Origin: Chrysomallon squamiferum
Lineage: Eukaryota > Animalia > Mollusca
DNA: 64,000 nucleotides
Assembly: GCA_012295275.1 (NCBI GenBank)
Contig: CM022671.1
Location: 35,340,001 to 35,404,000 of the forward strand
Direction: 5' to 3'
Part shown: positions 14,252-29,249 of the stretch, piece by piece
How positions within the stretch are numbered: position 1 is the first letter of the stretch
Layout: the number at the start of each line of letters is the position of its first letter
The notes under the pieces: model-generated
The model's input: the letters and a program-made list of their open reading frames with translations, nothing else
Told to the model about the DNA's origin: nothing
Databases searched by the model: none
Position numbers and translations under genes: made by a program

Positions 14252-14322
14252 TTTATTAAGTTTGACGTCCAGTAGCTGATACATGTTTCATGCTGGGGTG
14301 TCGTTGAACATTCATTCACTCA
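14252..14322 (+). mobile_element. Probable SINE 3' end fragment
   Basis: TTTGACGTCCAGTAGCTGAT...TGCTGGGGTGTCGTTGAACATTCATTCACTCA with a (CATT)n-like tail. Resembles a recalled molluscan SINE tail. Confidence 0.5.
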
Positions 14323-16042
14323 TCTGTCAATTTTAAAAAAATATATTTTAGAACAGAAAAATAGTTTGCATTAATTATTATATAGTGTTTTGGATCTGTT
14401 TTGTTTTTCTAAACAATAATAAATAAAAAAGAAAAGCTGGTAAATACTCTAATAAAAAATTTGTTTTACTGCATTATCTTTACTTTTGATCGCCAGATTT
14501 AAAAAAAAAAAAATCTGTAAAAATGTTGTTTGTGCAGAAAACAGGATTGAAACAAGTGAGTAAACAGAGTTGTAAACAGTTTTTGAGAAACCGGCTCATA
14601 ATCCTGTGAGTCGTTATAGGAAATAGGATTACTGCTGACAAACTGCTCCATGCATTACCACTGATAGTTTTATAGAAAACAGTGAATTATTACAGACTGA
14701 ACTGTTTTTGATAATCAGTAAGTCTCTGATTTATGTCAGGATTAGCAAACCTCACACAAACAGAAATCACAAACCTCAAATACAAAAATATGAAGGAAAA
14801 ACAGAAATGAAAGCAGCTATGTAAAATATAATTTATTCAAATAAATTTAGACTGCATGAAAATTTTATTTTAGTGTGTATTTGTTGATAAAAACAAATGA
14901 TTTAAATTACTGGGAAAAAACCCCAAGGAAAAACAGAAGAATAAAAATATAATTAAGGAAAAAAGAAGGAAGGACATGGAAAAGCAAACCATTCAGTAAT
15001 AGCAGTATTTTGATAAATTTTATTTGAACTATAACATAATCATACAAAAGTATAAATCTTTTACTGCAAATGACAAAATCATACTATAGTATAAATTTTT
15101 TACTGCAAATGACAAAATACTTCTTATATAATGCTAAGTTATCTTATTTTATTTATTACTGGTGATCACACTTTGCCAATAATGAAGTATAACAAATGCA
15201 TAAAAACTGCCAAAATATTATTGATATTGTCATGTTTCATTAGCTGTGTTTGTTTCTTGTGTGGGTGTCAGATAAAAAATAGAAAGAAAAAAGTCTGAAA
15301 TTTGGCCCAAACTGAAACTATGATAATGAATGTGTTTAAGTCAGTTTGCCTGAACTAGGGAGATCAGGTTACAAGAATGGATTTCAGTTATTTATGAGAG
15401 GGCTAATAAAAATATGAATATTTACAAATCTAGGATTACAGTGAATATTCATGGGTTTGCTGTTTACATGGTTTTATTTATCAGGCTGTTATCTTTATAT
15501 TTGTAAAGTTATGCTAAATATTCACTTCATCATATTCTGAAAAAACCCATTAATGAACATTAAGAGAGCCTCCAATTAGAAAAATACTTCAGTTAATGGG
15601 TGTCAGATTATGATAAATTACACCTCTGAAATGATTAGCTAAATTACCAAAGATATTTTTCTTAAAAGCTGATGTTGACTTATTGCAGACATCTGTAGAT
15701 ACAAAAATGCTTGCAGTATAAAAATACACTCAGTAAATTTCACCACAAACATTTGTATAACGTCACAGTGAGCAACAAGGTTTGAACCGTAAGACCTCCA
15801 GTCGTCATTTCAATAAATAATTTAAATATTTTCTTTAATTGTCTTCTAAATCTAATTGTAAGACAGACAATTAACGAGTTACTAGTGAGCAGTGTCCTGT
15901 ACACTCACACATACCTGTGAGTAGTTGCTCTGATTAGCCGTGCAGTGTGTTGCTCACTTGTGTGTGTGTGAGAATCGTATTGATTGTGTTAGTTCCTATT
16001 TCTGGCCCGTTCCGTGGGCGATGCACATTGGTTAATTTGTAG

Positions 16043-16170
16043 CTGTTGGTGAAGATGTGTCTGTTGGTGAAGATGTGATCCACCCTTTGTCTACTGTCAC
16101 TGTCACTTTCTTGTGTCTGTCGGTGAAGATGTGATCCACCCTTTGTCTACTGTCACTTTCTTGTGTCTTG
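16043..16170. repeat. Nested local duplications (19-bp and about 56-bp units)
   Basis: GGTGAAGATGTG occurs three times; GGTGAAGATGTGATCCACCCTTTGTCTACTGTCACT occurs twice. Confidence 0.85.
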
Positions 16171-19100
16171 TCTCTCCAGTCTCAGTGAAACCAGAGACAA
16201 AGTGTGAGGATTAGTCAAATAAAATTTACAATTAAGAATTTCTGATTTAAAAATTTAAAAAAATGTAATTTTCATTATTTCAGTATTAATGTAAATGTTT
16301 TCAGAAAAATAGAAAATACAAAAAACCCACATTTAATACATTATTTTAAAATCAATTCCTTTTTTGATATAATATAATAATATTAAATTAGTATTTTAAA
16401 CAGGATAATCAGCTGTATATATAGTTCTGTATAGCAAATATAAAATGAATAATGTTTTAGGATATAATACATTCTGAACCATAAATTATAATATATATAA
16501 GAGATTATCACTTATAATCCATTGCATTATAATGAATACAGTGCTAAATTAAAAATACTGCAAAAAATAAAAAAAAAAATTACTGTATATAATGCAGTAT
16601 AATATAGGATATATACAACATAGTTCCGTGTAATACGTTGCCAGATGTAAATAAATCGCTCTATGAAATAATATATATACATAATGTAATATAATATAAT
16701 ATAATATTTACACTGTATGTGTATATTACATTACAGACAGACAGACACACACACACACAATTTCATGTACTAGGCTGTATGTTACAAATTAGACATTTCG
16801 AAAAACTCACTGTATAAGATATAAATAACAGGATATAATATGATAATACAGCTAATTATTCTGTCTGTTAAACCATCAAATCTGAAATATTCTTCAGTTT
16901 GAGAAATGGTAAAATGTTTCAAATGTCAAAGTAATGTACCTTTAAGCTGCAAGTTGGGATTAAAAAGAAATTTAAAAAGATATAATCATTAGAGTTTTTT
17001 TCAGAGGACATGATTGATCTCTGGGAAGGAAGGAAGAGGGTTTTTTTGGAAAAGATAAAATAATTTAATGTGGTTCAGTCTCTCGAGAAGGGCATGCAAA
17101 ACAATAATGTCTGCAAAAACCCCGATAGAAATGCAATTTCCTGACAACCAAAACTCAAACTTAATGGAATTTATTGATCATTTGTTAAAATAAATAAATA
17201 AATAAATAATAAAAATAAAAATATGTATTAAAAAATTTTTGTTTTAAATAAATACATATATAAAAAAAAAAGAAGGTATATTAAAAAAAGAAAGAGAAGA
17301 TTAAAATAAATAAAAACAAAAAGGTTTTTAAAAATGTTTTTAACCAAAATAAAGTTGTTTCAAAAACTATTTTATCAGTAATAAATAAAATTTAAAAATC
17401 CCTCTGGGACAAAAATGAAGATGATGATGGTGATAAAAAAAATAACATTAAAAATGATCTTGATGATTATGATATATTAATAACAACAACTACATAGCAA
17501 TAATAAAAACAATAATAATGATAAGAGTAAAAGAAAATTAATATTATTACTGAAGATGATGTTGATAGCAGAACAACTTACAAAGATAATTAAATATACG
17601 ACAGAGATCAGGGACCATCTGAGATTTTCTGCCTCTGTTCTGCACACCCTGTTATTTGTGTGTGATTGTCACAAGCCTGTATTAAACTCCTAATAATTAC
17701 ATACATTATACTGACTTGTGTGTGTGTGTTTGTGGTTTCATAATCTGCTCCCTTGTGTGACACAACATTTCTGTGTGTTTAATTTTAATAACAGATGTTG
17801 TGGGTTGTTTGTACTTGATATGATTTGTTTTTTCTTATTTTTTTATTTTAATTTTTATTTTTTTTACTTTTTTCTGTTTTGTTATTTATTATTTTATTTT
17901 ATTTTATTTTAATTTTTTTTTGGGGGGTTAGTTTTTTTTTTTTTCCTCTTTTATGTATATATATATGTATACATTTTATTTTTCTAGCACAATGTATTTT
18001 TTTAAGTTTATTTTTAAAAATATATTTATAATGCAACTATTTTTTATTAGTAGTATTATTTTTTTTCTTTTTTTTTTTTTTTTTATTATTATCAAAATAA
18101 ATAAAACATTTTCAATAAAAAATTGTCCAACCCATATTATTTGGTCAAACTTTAAAATTTAATTTTTTGGGGGTAAATTTTGATAAAACAATTATACATT
18201 TCCTGAAGCAAACTGGAGCATTTTTATGGTTTATTTATTTATTCTTTGTTTTTTGTTTTATCGTTATTTTATATTTTTATGTTTTGAAATTTGAAATTAC
18301 GAATTCCCACCTGCAGACAAGCACAATCAAACAGTGATTTCACTGCTGAACATTTTCTCTTGTTGTGGAGAGTTGCTCACCGAGAGTGTGTGTGTTTTCA
18401 GTCACTCTCTAATGGGCTGATAAATAACAGTGATTGATCACTAATTGAAGTGCAGTATAAAACAACAGTAAAAGATCGTTTGTGTTTCCTCAAGTGCTCT
18501 GGAAATAATGGAGGAATTATGTTGACAGAACAACACTTGGAAGAATGGCTGCCTACATTTTGAAAAAGTTATTTCTTGGAGTTAAGCTGCATTAAAATTA
18601 AACTAAAATAATAAAAATTAATTTAGAAATCCATTTATTTATAAAATTATTGTTATTGGTATATTACTTAAAGCTGGCCAAAATTTTAAATGAAATTTTT
18701 TTTAAAATCTGTTTTTTGTAAAATTATTGTTAGGACTACTTAACTTCTACCAATTTTAACCAGTGCCACTTCTACCTGTAACTTGTTAAATACATTCTTT
18801 TACCACAAACAAGTTTAAATAATCAATCACATGCATTACATGTTATGAGCACACACTTGTCTAACATAAAACACAAACAGCACTGAACAAGTCAACTCTG
18901 TGAAAAATGTGTTTATGTCATGGACTCATTATAAATAGGATGCGTTGTCTAAAACAGTGTAACTTCAGAATGTGAGAGGATTAGAAACAAGAAGTTTGGA
19001 ATTGTATTTCCTCTCAAAAGGCTAAAACTGTGTTCTTTACCATTTCATGAATGTAAAACCTTACCTCAGACCTGGCTAATAATTCCTAGCAATTTTACCC

Positions 19101-20953
19101 ATTTGAAATTCCTCAAATGTGTATGTGTGTATATATATGTTTACCTATGTGTATGTGTGTATTTGAGTGTGTGTCTGTATACATATATATATAGATCTTT
19201 GTATGTTTCAAAGAATCCTGAATTTCTGTAAATTGGTCAATATAAATAATTTTTGTTTCTATATACATATTTCTTCTGAAACCCGGTTTTGTCAGACTCA
19301 AGGGTTACACGGGACTGCAGTTTTAGAACCTTTAGACCTATAAATAACAAAACCTGCAAGACTTGCTCAGACACAAACAGTTTTGAAACTGGTCACACCT
19401 GATTCTGCAGCCAGTATTGAGAACAGCAGCCCACTGAATGTCCAGCCTGGCTAACTCCAGCTGGGCTGACCACGTCCAGTCTGTCCACACCGCAGTGGAC
19501 TAATTGGTTTTCTGCTGACCACTGATCTCGTTAATGACCGGCCCGCTGATTAAACAAAACAGTTTGGTTTTGTGCATGCAGTAATGATGCTGTGTTGTGT
19601 TTGTAAGTGCTCGCTAAAACCACTTCACTCCTCTCACATCAGACTAATTGTGCAGCAAACTCTAGTGCTCACCATTTCCTCTAGCTTGTCTCAGAGCTTG
19701 TGAATGATGTGTCAGTGGTTGTGAGATCTACTCTCATGTTCTTCAAATTGGGTTATTTCTCATTAGTGTTATTAGTGCCGTAAGGGTTGGGTTAATTTTT
19801 TTCTTTTTTTTATATTAGCATAATTATATGATTTTCCTGTTTAAGGGAAAGTACATAAAAAAAATGTATGTGTCTGCTAAATCAGTAGGAATCAATGAAA
19901 AGACTGTTGTTAGATATTTTTTCCTCTCTCTCAACTTTCATTCGTTCAATGTAAAAGGGAGATAAGAATGATTTAGCTGAAAGAAAAGGGTTATCTTTTC
20001 TTCTTATTGTGTTTTCAACATTGCTTTTTGTCACTTGTTTGTGCACACAGGTTTACTAATTTATTTCAAAACCTGATGATGTATTTTATTCATTTCTTAG
20101 TTTTTGCTAACTGTTCAAAAACATCTTTCAAAATAGGTTGAATGTTTTTTGTACCATTGATTCATATTGTATTTGGTAACATCCACTGTAATCAATTTTA
20201 ATTTCATCCTTTTTTTCTTTTTGTTCATTTATTAAAGTATATTAGATTATTCATTGGATTTGTACTTAAATATTATTATTTATAAAAAAAAAACCAAGAA
20301 GACAAGACTGATCTTAAAAATAATAAAAATTGTAAAATCATCAGCTTTAGAATCCAGTTATTAAAACATGCCAGTACCAAACCACATTCAGGCTAAATCT
20401 TTACGTGAAACATAAAATAAACAATAAATTATTTTATAAAAATGAAACTGTATTTCAGTGTTACAAATTGAAGCACTTCTAAAGCAGTGTCAATTTGATC
20501 TTTATTATTTCAATTAAAATTCTTAATAATAAAAGTGTAAAGACTACACTAACAAGATGTTTTTCATCTAGCTCTGTAGACATCATAGTAAATGAAAAAT
20601 GAAAGTAAACTGAAACAAATAACAACTTATTGTGAGAGGATCATCACCTGTATACAGTAACACTCTTACTTGAATTAGTGTTACAGAAACTGAAAAAGAA
20701 AAGTGAGCCCAATTCAAAATTAGACGGTTTCAAGAATAGATAGTTTTCTGGTTTTTCAAGATTTCTAGAACCTGGATGAATGGTTTGGTACCTGAATTTC
20801 ACTGTTTTCACATAAAATATTTTATCTCCTGTATTACTGGAACGTCAGAATGTCAGTGCACAACAAACGGATGAAATGAGAGTAATGACAGTCAAGTATC
20901 TTTCTGTTAAAATCAATATGTTTGGTAATTTTGCTATTTTTCATTTTTCACAG

Positions 20954-21037
20954 AAAACTGATCTGCGTGCCAAAGAAGAGGAATGTGAAGTTTTACATAA
21001 AACAATAGAACAACAGAGACACCACACAGAGGAACTC
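20954..21037 (+). CDS. RIMBP2: Internal coding exon (0/0): KTDLRAKEEECEVLHKTIEQQRHHTEEL
   Basis: Acceptor tcatttttcacag| and donor CTC|gtaagt. 84 nt, coiled-coil composition, in frame with flanking exons. Confidence 0.88.
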
Positions 21038-22208
21038 GTAAGTAGTTTGATACAACCGATATATAACAGTATTTAATATAAAGTGATATTACATATTACT
21101 TGATATTTGACTGTGGTGTTAGATCTAAAGAAAGATGCATACAAAAGACTCCATTACAGCTACTTTGTAAAAGCATGATGGTGATATGTTGTTTTTATTG
21201 CACTGTATAAATATATAATGTTTCAACATGTTTGATATTTCTCGTTTCTTTGTGATGAAGTACTCAGTCTGTTAGGAATTATATATATATATATATAATT
21301 CATTTTATGGTGAGATTGCTGGTGTAGGTATTTTGTGTAAGCAAATTGTCATAAAAGATTTAATGGTTCAAATTGTCACTGTAGACTGAGTTGTTGTTAT
21401 TGTTATCAATTTTTATTATTATTTTTATCATTTTTATTATTATTATTATTGTTGTTACTGTTATTGTTATCATTGCTATTATTATTATTATTATTATTAT
21501 ATTTTTAATTTCATTTTCTTTTCATTATACTCTTTTAATTATTTTAATTTATTTTATATATGCATTTGTATGAATTCAAAAAACTTTTTCTAAATATTAT
21601 TATTATTTTTTTTTAAATCATAATAAAATACACACACTCAAATAGAAACACAGAAGTAGGTAAACATTCGTACATACTGGCACATATAGCTGCACTAATA
21701 CACGCACAAACATAAACACAAACACACACACACACACACAGAGAAACATACTTGGACAGACACACACATACACTTTAATCAGGATTCATACTTCCTCTTT
21801 CATTAAATATTCCATTATCATAACAACATACCTGTCTCTTCCTTGTAATTTTTTTTCACCTTCTAACCTGTTTACTTTTTACCTGAGCAGTACAAAAAAC
21901 ACTATTATCTACCTGACATTTTGAAATTAATTTTATTTCTTATACCATAGACAAATATCACAATTTCTTTTTCATTTTACTCTTTTGAAGAGAGAAAAAG
22001 AAGAAACAGATTAAAACAGATCTCTATATATCAGTGTTAACAACACCTTTGTACACCTTGACATTTATTAAATGTAATACTCATTAGATGTCAGACAGAC
22101 AGTGTCTTGTATAATAAAGATAAAAAAAAACATACTGTTATCATATCTAGAAATCTTTTATACATGTAGACATAACACGAATGCATGTTTATGTATGTTA
22201 GCATGCAT

Positions 22209-22245
<37 letters not shown>

Positions 22246-22555
22246 TGTATGTATGTAAGGCACATCAACATCCTTGTAGGGAACTGGTTAGGACAAGAAA
22301 CAGGCCAATGTGTGCTACAGTAAGGTTTGATCCTGTGGCCCATTTTAAAGCAATTTGACACAAATATAATTTTGTATAATAAGAAAAATATAGCTTAAAT
22401 TCTTAAAGTAATTTTCTGGTGCAGAAGATATTTTCTTTTATTTATTTATTTATTTATTTATAATTATTTTTTTATATTATATAATTTTTAAGTTGTTTCT
22501 TTCTTCACTCTATTTTTGCATTTTTTTAATTTCCATTTTCTTACATAAGTGTGTT

Positions 22556-22594
<39 letters not shown>

Positions 22595-22732
22595 TAATGT
22601 TATGAGAAAAAAAGGAAGAAACATCTATTTTGATATCTACTGCTACAGTATATATAGGTATTATTGTTTGTGGGCTGTGATGTATTGTCAGTATTTGACA
22701 GGCTCTGTAAGTCTCTTGAAATGTGTTGGATA

Positions 22733-22832
22733 GTGTGTCTGGTTTGTAAGACATTTGTCTGTGATTGTCTGGTATTAGCAACACTATTTTGTGTCTGGTT
22801 TGTAAGACATTTGTCTGTAATTGTCTGGTATC
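22733..22832. repeat. Direct duplication, about 56-bp unit
   Basis: GTGTCTGGTTTGTAAGACATTTGTCTGTrATTGTCTGGTAT occurs twice. Confidence 0.85.
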
Positions 22833-24013
22833 AACGACACTATGGTACATTCTTCTTTTTTATCAGTTTTATTGAGAGAAATTAATCAGTTTTATTGTTT
22901 CAGCTTCTTTCTCTTAATAATGAATAGATTTAAATTTCTTACATAAACAGATGTTTGTAGAATATTTCTTTTACATATTGTTCTTATAAATATGTATTTA
23001 CCAAAAAGTTCAATTTCCATATATTTTAAAATATAATTGAGAGTTCAGTTTGAAATTTTTATTTCTTTATTTATAAAATTAAATATATATTTTTTTTATT
23101 AAAATGAGAAATTGTTGATAAATTGAGGATTAATTTTTAAATAAAATATTAGTACAAGAAATGGTTAAGAGAAAACATTGTCATTTGAAAAGTAGTAAAT
23201 ATAAAAAGATTAATTTAAAAAAAAAAAAAAAATATTAACAAAAATATGAATGCAATAATTACATTTTTCACTTAATTGAAAAATTTTGAAATGTAAAAAT
23301 ATTCTAATCAAATTAAAAACATTTTCATATACCTGAATATTTTTTGGATCAAAATTTTTAAAAATTAATATTTGAATTTAATTTTACTTTTAAATTTTTA
23401 ATGAAAATTACAGTAGAATATTATTTTTTTTTACTGTTCCATATTATTTATTAGTATGTTTTAGTTGTTCAAAAATTTAATAATAGAAAACTGAGAATAT
23501 TATTGACAGTACCACTGTAAAATTGTATTTACTTATTTATAACATGTATGTATATTTTTAATCATCGTTAAAATTTATTATTGTTCATTTATTTCTCTGT
23601 ATTATTTTTATATTTTATTTTATTTTATATTTCTTTGTATAAATTTTAATTTTTTTATTATTATTTATTTCATTTTATATTGTTTATATTTCTTTCTTTT
23701 TTTCTTTGCATATTTTATTGTTTTTGTTTTTTTATTTTATTATTTTTTCTATTTTAGTTTAATTTTTATTGTTACTTATTTATTTTTATTGTATTTTTTT
23801 TATTTCATCTTATTTTATATGTTTTCATTATTACTTTTTTAAACAATTATATTATAGTAATTATATTTTTGTTATTTTCTTTTCTTTTTTATTATTTTTA
23901 CTTTAATTTTCCTTTATTATTTTTGTAAAATCTATTTTATTATTTAATTCCATTTATTATTGTATTTATTATTATTATTACTACTACTACTACTATTATT
24001 ATTATTGTTATTG

Positions 24014-24047
<34 letters not shown>

Positions 24048-24144
24048 TTTATTAATCTGACTAATACACATATTTAATTTTTGTTGTGTATTTAAATATG
24101 AAAATATCATAAATAAAGATGGTTTTTTCTTCTTTTTTTTTCAG

Positions 24145-24234
24145 GAAGATCAGTTGAAGGCTTCAGAGTCTAGAAATACCCAGCAGAGTCTTGAACTTGC
24201 AGACCTTCATAATCAGCTTGCTGATCTAGAAAAG
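24145..24234 (+). CDS. RIMBP2: Internal coding exon (0/0): EDQLKASESRNTQQSLELADLHNQLADLEK
   Basis: Long T tract then tcag|, donor AAG|gtaagt. 90 nt, open, heptad leucines. Absent from the ORF track; translated by hand. Confidence 0.9.
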
Positions 24235-27200
24235 GTAAGTTTCATCATTTTAAAATACTTATTTAAAACAGACAGACTGGGTAAGTTACGATGACTCAGT
24301 CTTTTGAAGATTTTTTCCATTCTTGTATCAGTTTACTACACAAAAACAAGAAGCTACCAACAGGAACAAAAAGGCTGTTAGGAATATTGAAGTAAAGAAA
24401 ATATTTGTATGTGAAGTTCAGATGAGTTTGTCATGGGTATGCATCTCTGTTTCCCTACAAACAATAACCATATTACCTTTTATGTTTTGTTTTTGAGTAA
24501 AGAAGACTCAGTCTGATGAAACGTTTTGTACACATAGCAAATGCGGTTTTTTTTTAATTATTCAAGTTGAAGCATCCTTGTCATGGAAGACTTCAGTACA
24601 CTCAGTCTAATTAAACATTTTATGCCTACAGAAAAAAAAAAATATTGACAGTTTTTTTTTTTTTTTTTCCTTCACAGTACCTTTCTTCTTTATACTTTGG
24701 TTTTTACTTCCTTTTCTTTTCCTGAATTCATTCTTGTTTCTATATTCTTCTTCTTTTCCAGTTTTCTTCATTATATTTCTTTTTCTTTTTTCTTTTACTT
24801 TTCTTCTTTCTTCAGCTTTTCTTCATCTCTCTCTCTCTCCCCTCCATTACTTTCATCCTTTCCATTACATAGTGTTTAAATAAAACAAAAAAAACAGAAA
24901 AATGTTTTAGACAGAAAAACGAGAACATGTCATTAAAAGGTGAGGTATAAAATAACATCACCTGTAATGATCAATATCTGAGAGAGGTATAATGAACAAT
25001 CTGTTACTGTCAGAAGATGTCTCCAGGTACTTGGCTATTTCTATCTTCCAGAAATCAGAGGTTGTACAACATCAAACCAAAAAAAAAAAAATGTGACCAC
25101 TTTCAATGAAAGGCACACAATGTCACTGAAAGCAATATCACTTCTCTTGTAAGAGTTTTATTATTTTTAAATTCTGCAATTTTTTTTTTATTTCATTTTT
25201 AATTTTTTTTTTTTTTTTTTTTTTTTTTCATTGTCTAATTTAGCTAAAGCTGATAACACCACAAATATTTGTGTAGATTTATGATTTACTGTGTAGAGTA
25301 TATTGAAACAATTATATGGGTGTCTGTCCAGATATTACTTTTCATTACCACTTAGTAACATTAAAACAGTAAAAACTTCTTATTTATATATTCACACAGC
25401 TAATGAAAGTTGTGAACTTTAAAACCTGTATTCTGTATTTTTCATAAAACATAAACATCTAGAAATTACAACAAATTTTTTTTTTTTTTTTAATACAAAG
25501 TTTATGCACCTTTTCAATGGAATGTGTCACAAACAGAAATATTTAAAATGTAAAAAAAAAAATTTTAAAAAATTAAAATTTAAAAAAGATTCTTTGTTGC
25601 TATTTGATATTCTCTAATAATGATGCTCACATTTTTCAAAGACGTCATTCATCTGGTTACATTAGTTCAGTGTATTTTTGAAAACATTAAAAACTGTCAG
25701 GACTTTAATGGTTTATTTTTCTCAATATTACTATGAGTTTTTTTAACAACCGACACTTTAATGGGGATGTGTGGTTGTGTTCTTACATTTAATGAAGAAC
25801 CTGGTTCTAGTAACAAGCATCATAACCCTGTTTACTGTGTGGTGAAAGAAAATAATGATATAAATATGTATTCTGAATACAGAGTGCTAATGGGTAGGAA
25901 AAAAACCATAGCAAAAACATTTTGTTTTTTGTTTTCATTCCACTATGTCTCATTCTGTAATCAACATTTTTGTGTTGAATTATTGTAAATGAAATACTGT
26001 GATGTTATTTTTCTAATTTAAAATAATAAGTACAATAATAATAATAATAACAATATGTGGTAACTATTTGAAAAGGACAACAAAGTTATGGTTCTATTTC
26101 AGTTCTTGTCATTATCGGTGTACAAATAAATAGTTCCATCAGCAAACAGTTTTTACTGATGATACAGTTTCTACCGTAACATTGACAATTCTAGTTTACT
26201 GATATCTGTTTCTACTACAGTGTAGATAATTCTTGTTTGCTGATGTAGTGGCTTCTGCATTATTCTACAAAGGAAGCAAGTAAATAATTCCTGCTGAGTT
26301 GAAATTATCTGTTCTCTCTACAAGCCCGGTGTATCAGATGACACAGCGTTGCTCCATGCTGTGGAAGTTTTCAGTGAAAAGAGATAAGAAAGGTATAATA
26401 ATGCGTTCAGCCCACCTGCTGGTAATGGTTGTCATTAGGAGAATTCTAAAGAGTAAACTGATGAGTTTGTGTCAGATTTTTGTTACATTTTTTGTCAGTG
26501 TTTAGAAAGAGAAGAACAAAAAAATAAATGTTTTAGTGTTGATTTTTTTTTTTTAAAAGAATAATTTGAAATGGGTTAATAAATGTATTTGTTTCAGCCA
26601 AGATTGTATGATGATATATTCTGTCAGAGAAGGATTTTAAATTTAAAATTTTTATTTTTTTTTTTAAATTTTTGTTTTAAAGGGTTTTATTAATTTATGA
26701 CTCAGGAAAATGGTGTGTAGGTGTAATTGACAAGTATATGATTAGAAAATATTATATGTGTTGTTTTTTCTAGAAGTGTATTCTATCAAATTATCATCTT
26801 AAGGAAGGAATGAAGAAATATTTTTTAAAGATACAAACACATATTAACCATGAAGGAACACATACCAAAGATACATATCAGATCATATACACATACACAT
26901 GTGTACAGCACATAGCACAAACATCACACACACACACACCAAAATATGTATCTAAAACCACAAACACACAGAAAGCATTGTGTGTATATATTTATGAGTA
27001 TGTATAAGTATGTGTATGTTTCTAATGTGAATATATATGTGTGTATGTGTTTGTGTGTGTTTTGTGTAAGTGTTGTGTAAGTGTTGTGTATGTGTATATG
27101 TATGTATGTGTGTGTGTACATATGTGTGTATGTGTTATAAGTTGTGACCGGACCAAACTGACCGCTCCGCTACACTTGATGTCTGTAATTGTCGTGTCCA

Positions 27201-27684
27201 CTCAGCAGTGTGATGAGTTCAGTCAAGCGTGTTATTGTGGTCACACTCATCTGTTGTTGTCATCAGCAGGCTTGAGTGGCCATTTGGTGAAAACATAACT
27301 TTGTAACTGCTGTCTGATCTCACTTCTTATCACTGTATGTGTGCGTGCATGGGTCCATGTATATGTGTGAGTGTGTGTGTGTGTGTATGTGTATGTGTTT
27401 GTGTCTTTACATATGTGTGTGGGTGTGTTTGTGTGCTTATACATACATATATATATATTACATTAATGTCTCAGTTTTATCTGTACATAGCGATATACAT
27501 GTTGTTATCATATGGGTGCAAATAACAATGATAGTACTTGAGTGGTCACAAATAACTATTTCAGCCACTGTCTGATTCAATTATGAGTAGGCTGTTATTA
27601 GTGTGTGGGTTCCTAAAAGCCTGGAGAGATCATTTTGTCAAAGACAACCATTGTAACCTCAGTCTGGTATTGTTACACATAATA

Positions 27685-27734
<50 letters not shown>

Positions 27735-29181
27735 TGTTTTGAATGTTCAGTTTGTCAATTACTTACAGAGGGTGATATGCTGGTGAATTTTGATATCTGT
27801 ATCTGCATCGTTTATTGTATAATAGTATATGTACATCCCTGTGTGTGGATGTTTGTGTGTGTGTGTGTGTCTGCCTGTCTCACTGTCTGAGTGTATATGT
27901 TAATTAATCTATGTATCTGCTTCTTAAGACTGTTTGTTTGTATTTCTGTATGTCTGACTGTCTGTCAGAGTCTGTACATGTTAATGTTCATTTTGTTTTG
28001 CTTTTCTTTCTCATCTCCTGTCTGAGACTTAGATAAGGGAATTAACTCATATATATATATATATATATATAAAGCATCATCATATTTAGACTGGAGACAA
28101 ACCCAAACTGACCCTGATAATGAAACGCAGACTGATAATGAAACAGTAAATCACATTAAATGATCAATGTATATTAGATAAAAAATAATAATCAGTTAGT
28201 CTTCCTAGTAATAACTGTCAGGTCAAATAATTATCATTTGTTAATGAAGCACTGCATCTCATTTTTTTAATACTGTTTCAGACTTCAATTTAAATCTGTC
28301 TAATGACTTTGTGTTTAGTAAAGAATTAGATTTTCTTTTTTGAAGTTTTCTTACCATAGTAAATTTTAGTGATGATGATCTCTTTAAGAACTGTACATGA
28401 AGTATTGTTACATTTTATTAAGAAAATAGTACTACTGTGTTTCATTGTATTGATACAATGCAGTCATATTTGTAGAAGTTGAATATTAATACACTGGTTT
28501 AAACATATTAATGCAATGTTTTAAAATTATAAATACAATGTTCTTAACATTAACAAAATGGTTTTAACATTATTAAAGTAATCATTTTTAATATGTTGTG
28601 TTTTATATATATATATAGGTTTCTTTCAGTGATGACAATTTCTTTTTCTTTCTTTTTTTTTAAATTTTATCTTCTAGAACCATTTTCTCTTGATAATAAT
28701 TTGCTTTATAAAATCATGAAATCTTTGATGTGTAATTGTGAATGTCACGATTGTCTGAACTTCAAATCAGAGACTTAATCCATATTTTCGTTTATAACCA
28801 CATTTTATCTTTGTTACTTACATTTACTGATGTATGAAATACAAAGACAAAGGGATGAGGAAAATAAGTTATTAGTTTTTGTAATTTGTAATTCTGACAA
28901 TGACAATACCTGGCTTGATGTGCTATTTCTAAACTGCAGTAAAAAAGCAAAATAAAAGATGATTGTGGAAAGGTAGACATGACAATAGATGTTCAGTAAG
29001 GAAGAGATCTCTTCAGTGATTCTACTGTTTAAGTATGATGAGAAATTTCAATAGTCTTTTCTGTTGTATAAGCATCCATTTAAGTACAGTCTGAATATGT
29101 GTGTGTTATCAGTATATACTGTATATATGTGTGTGTATACATAGATATGTAGCTGATATAACACAGTGAGATGAAAAGTGT

Positions 29182-29249
<68 letters not shown>

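Noticed and set aside
19584-19608. ATG-ATG-CTG-TGT-TGT-GTT-T|gtaagt as an initiating exon
   Set aside because: The donor is in phase 1, incompatible with the phase-0 acceptor at 20954.
27210-27317. Possible C/D box snoRNA (GTGATGA ... CTGA)
   Set aside because: No terminal stem flanking the boxes and no recognisable rRNA antisense element.
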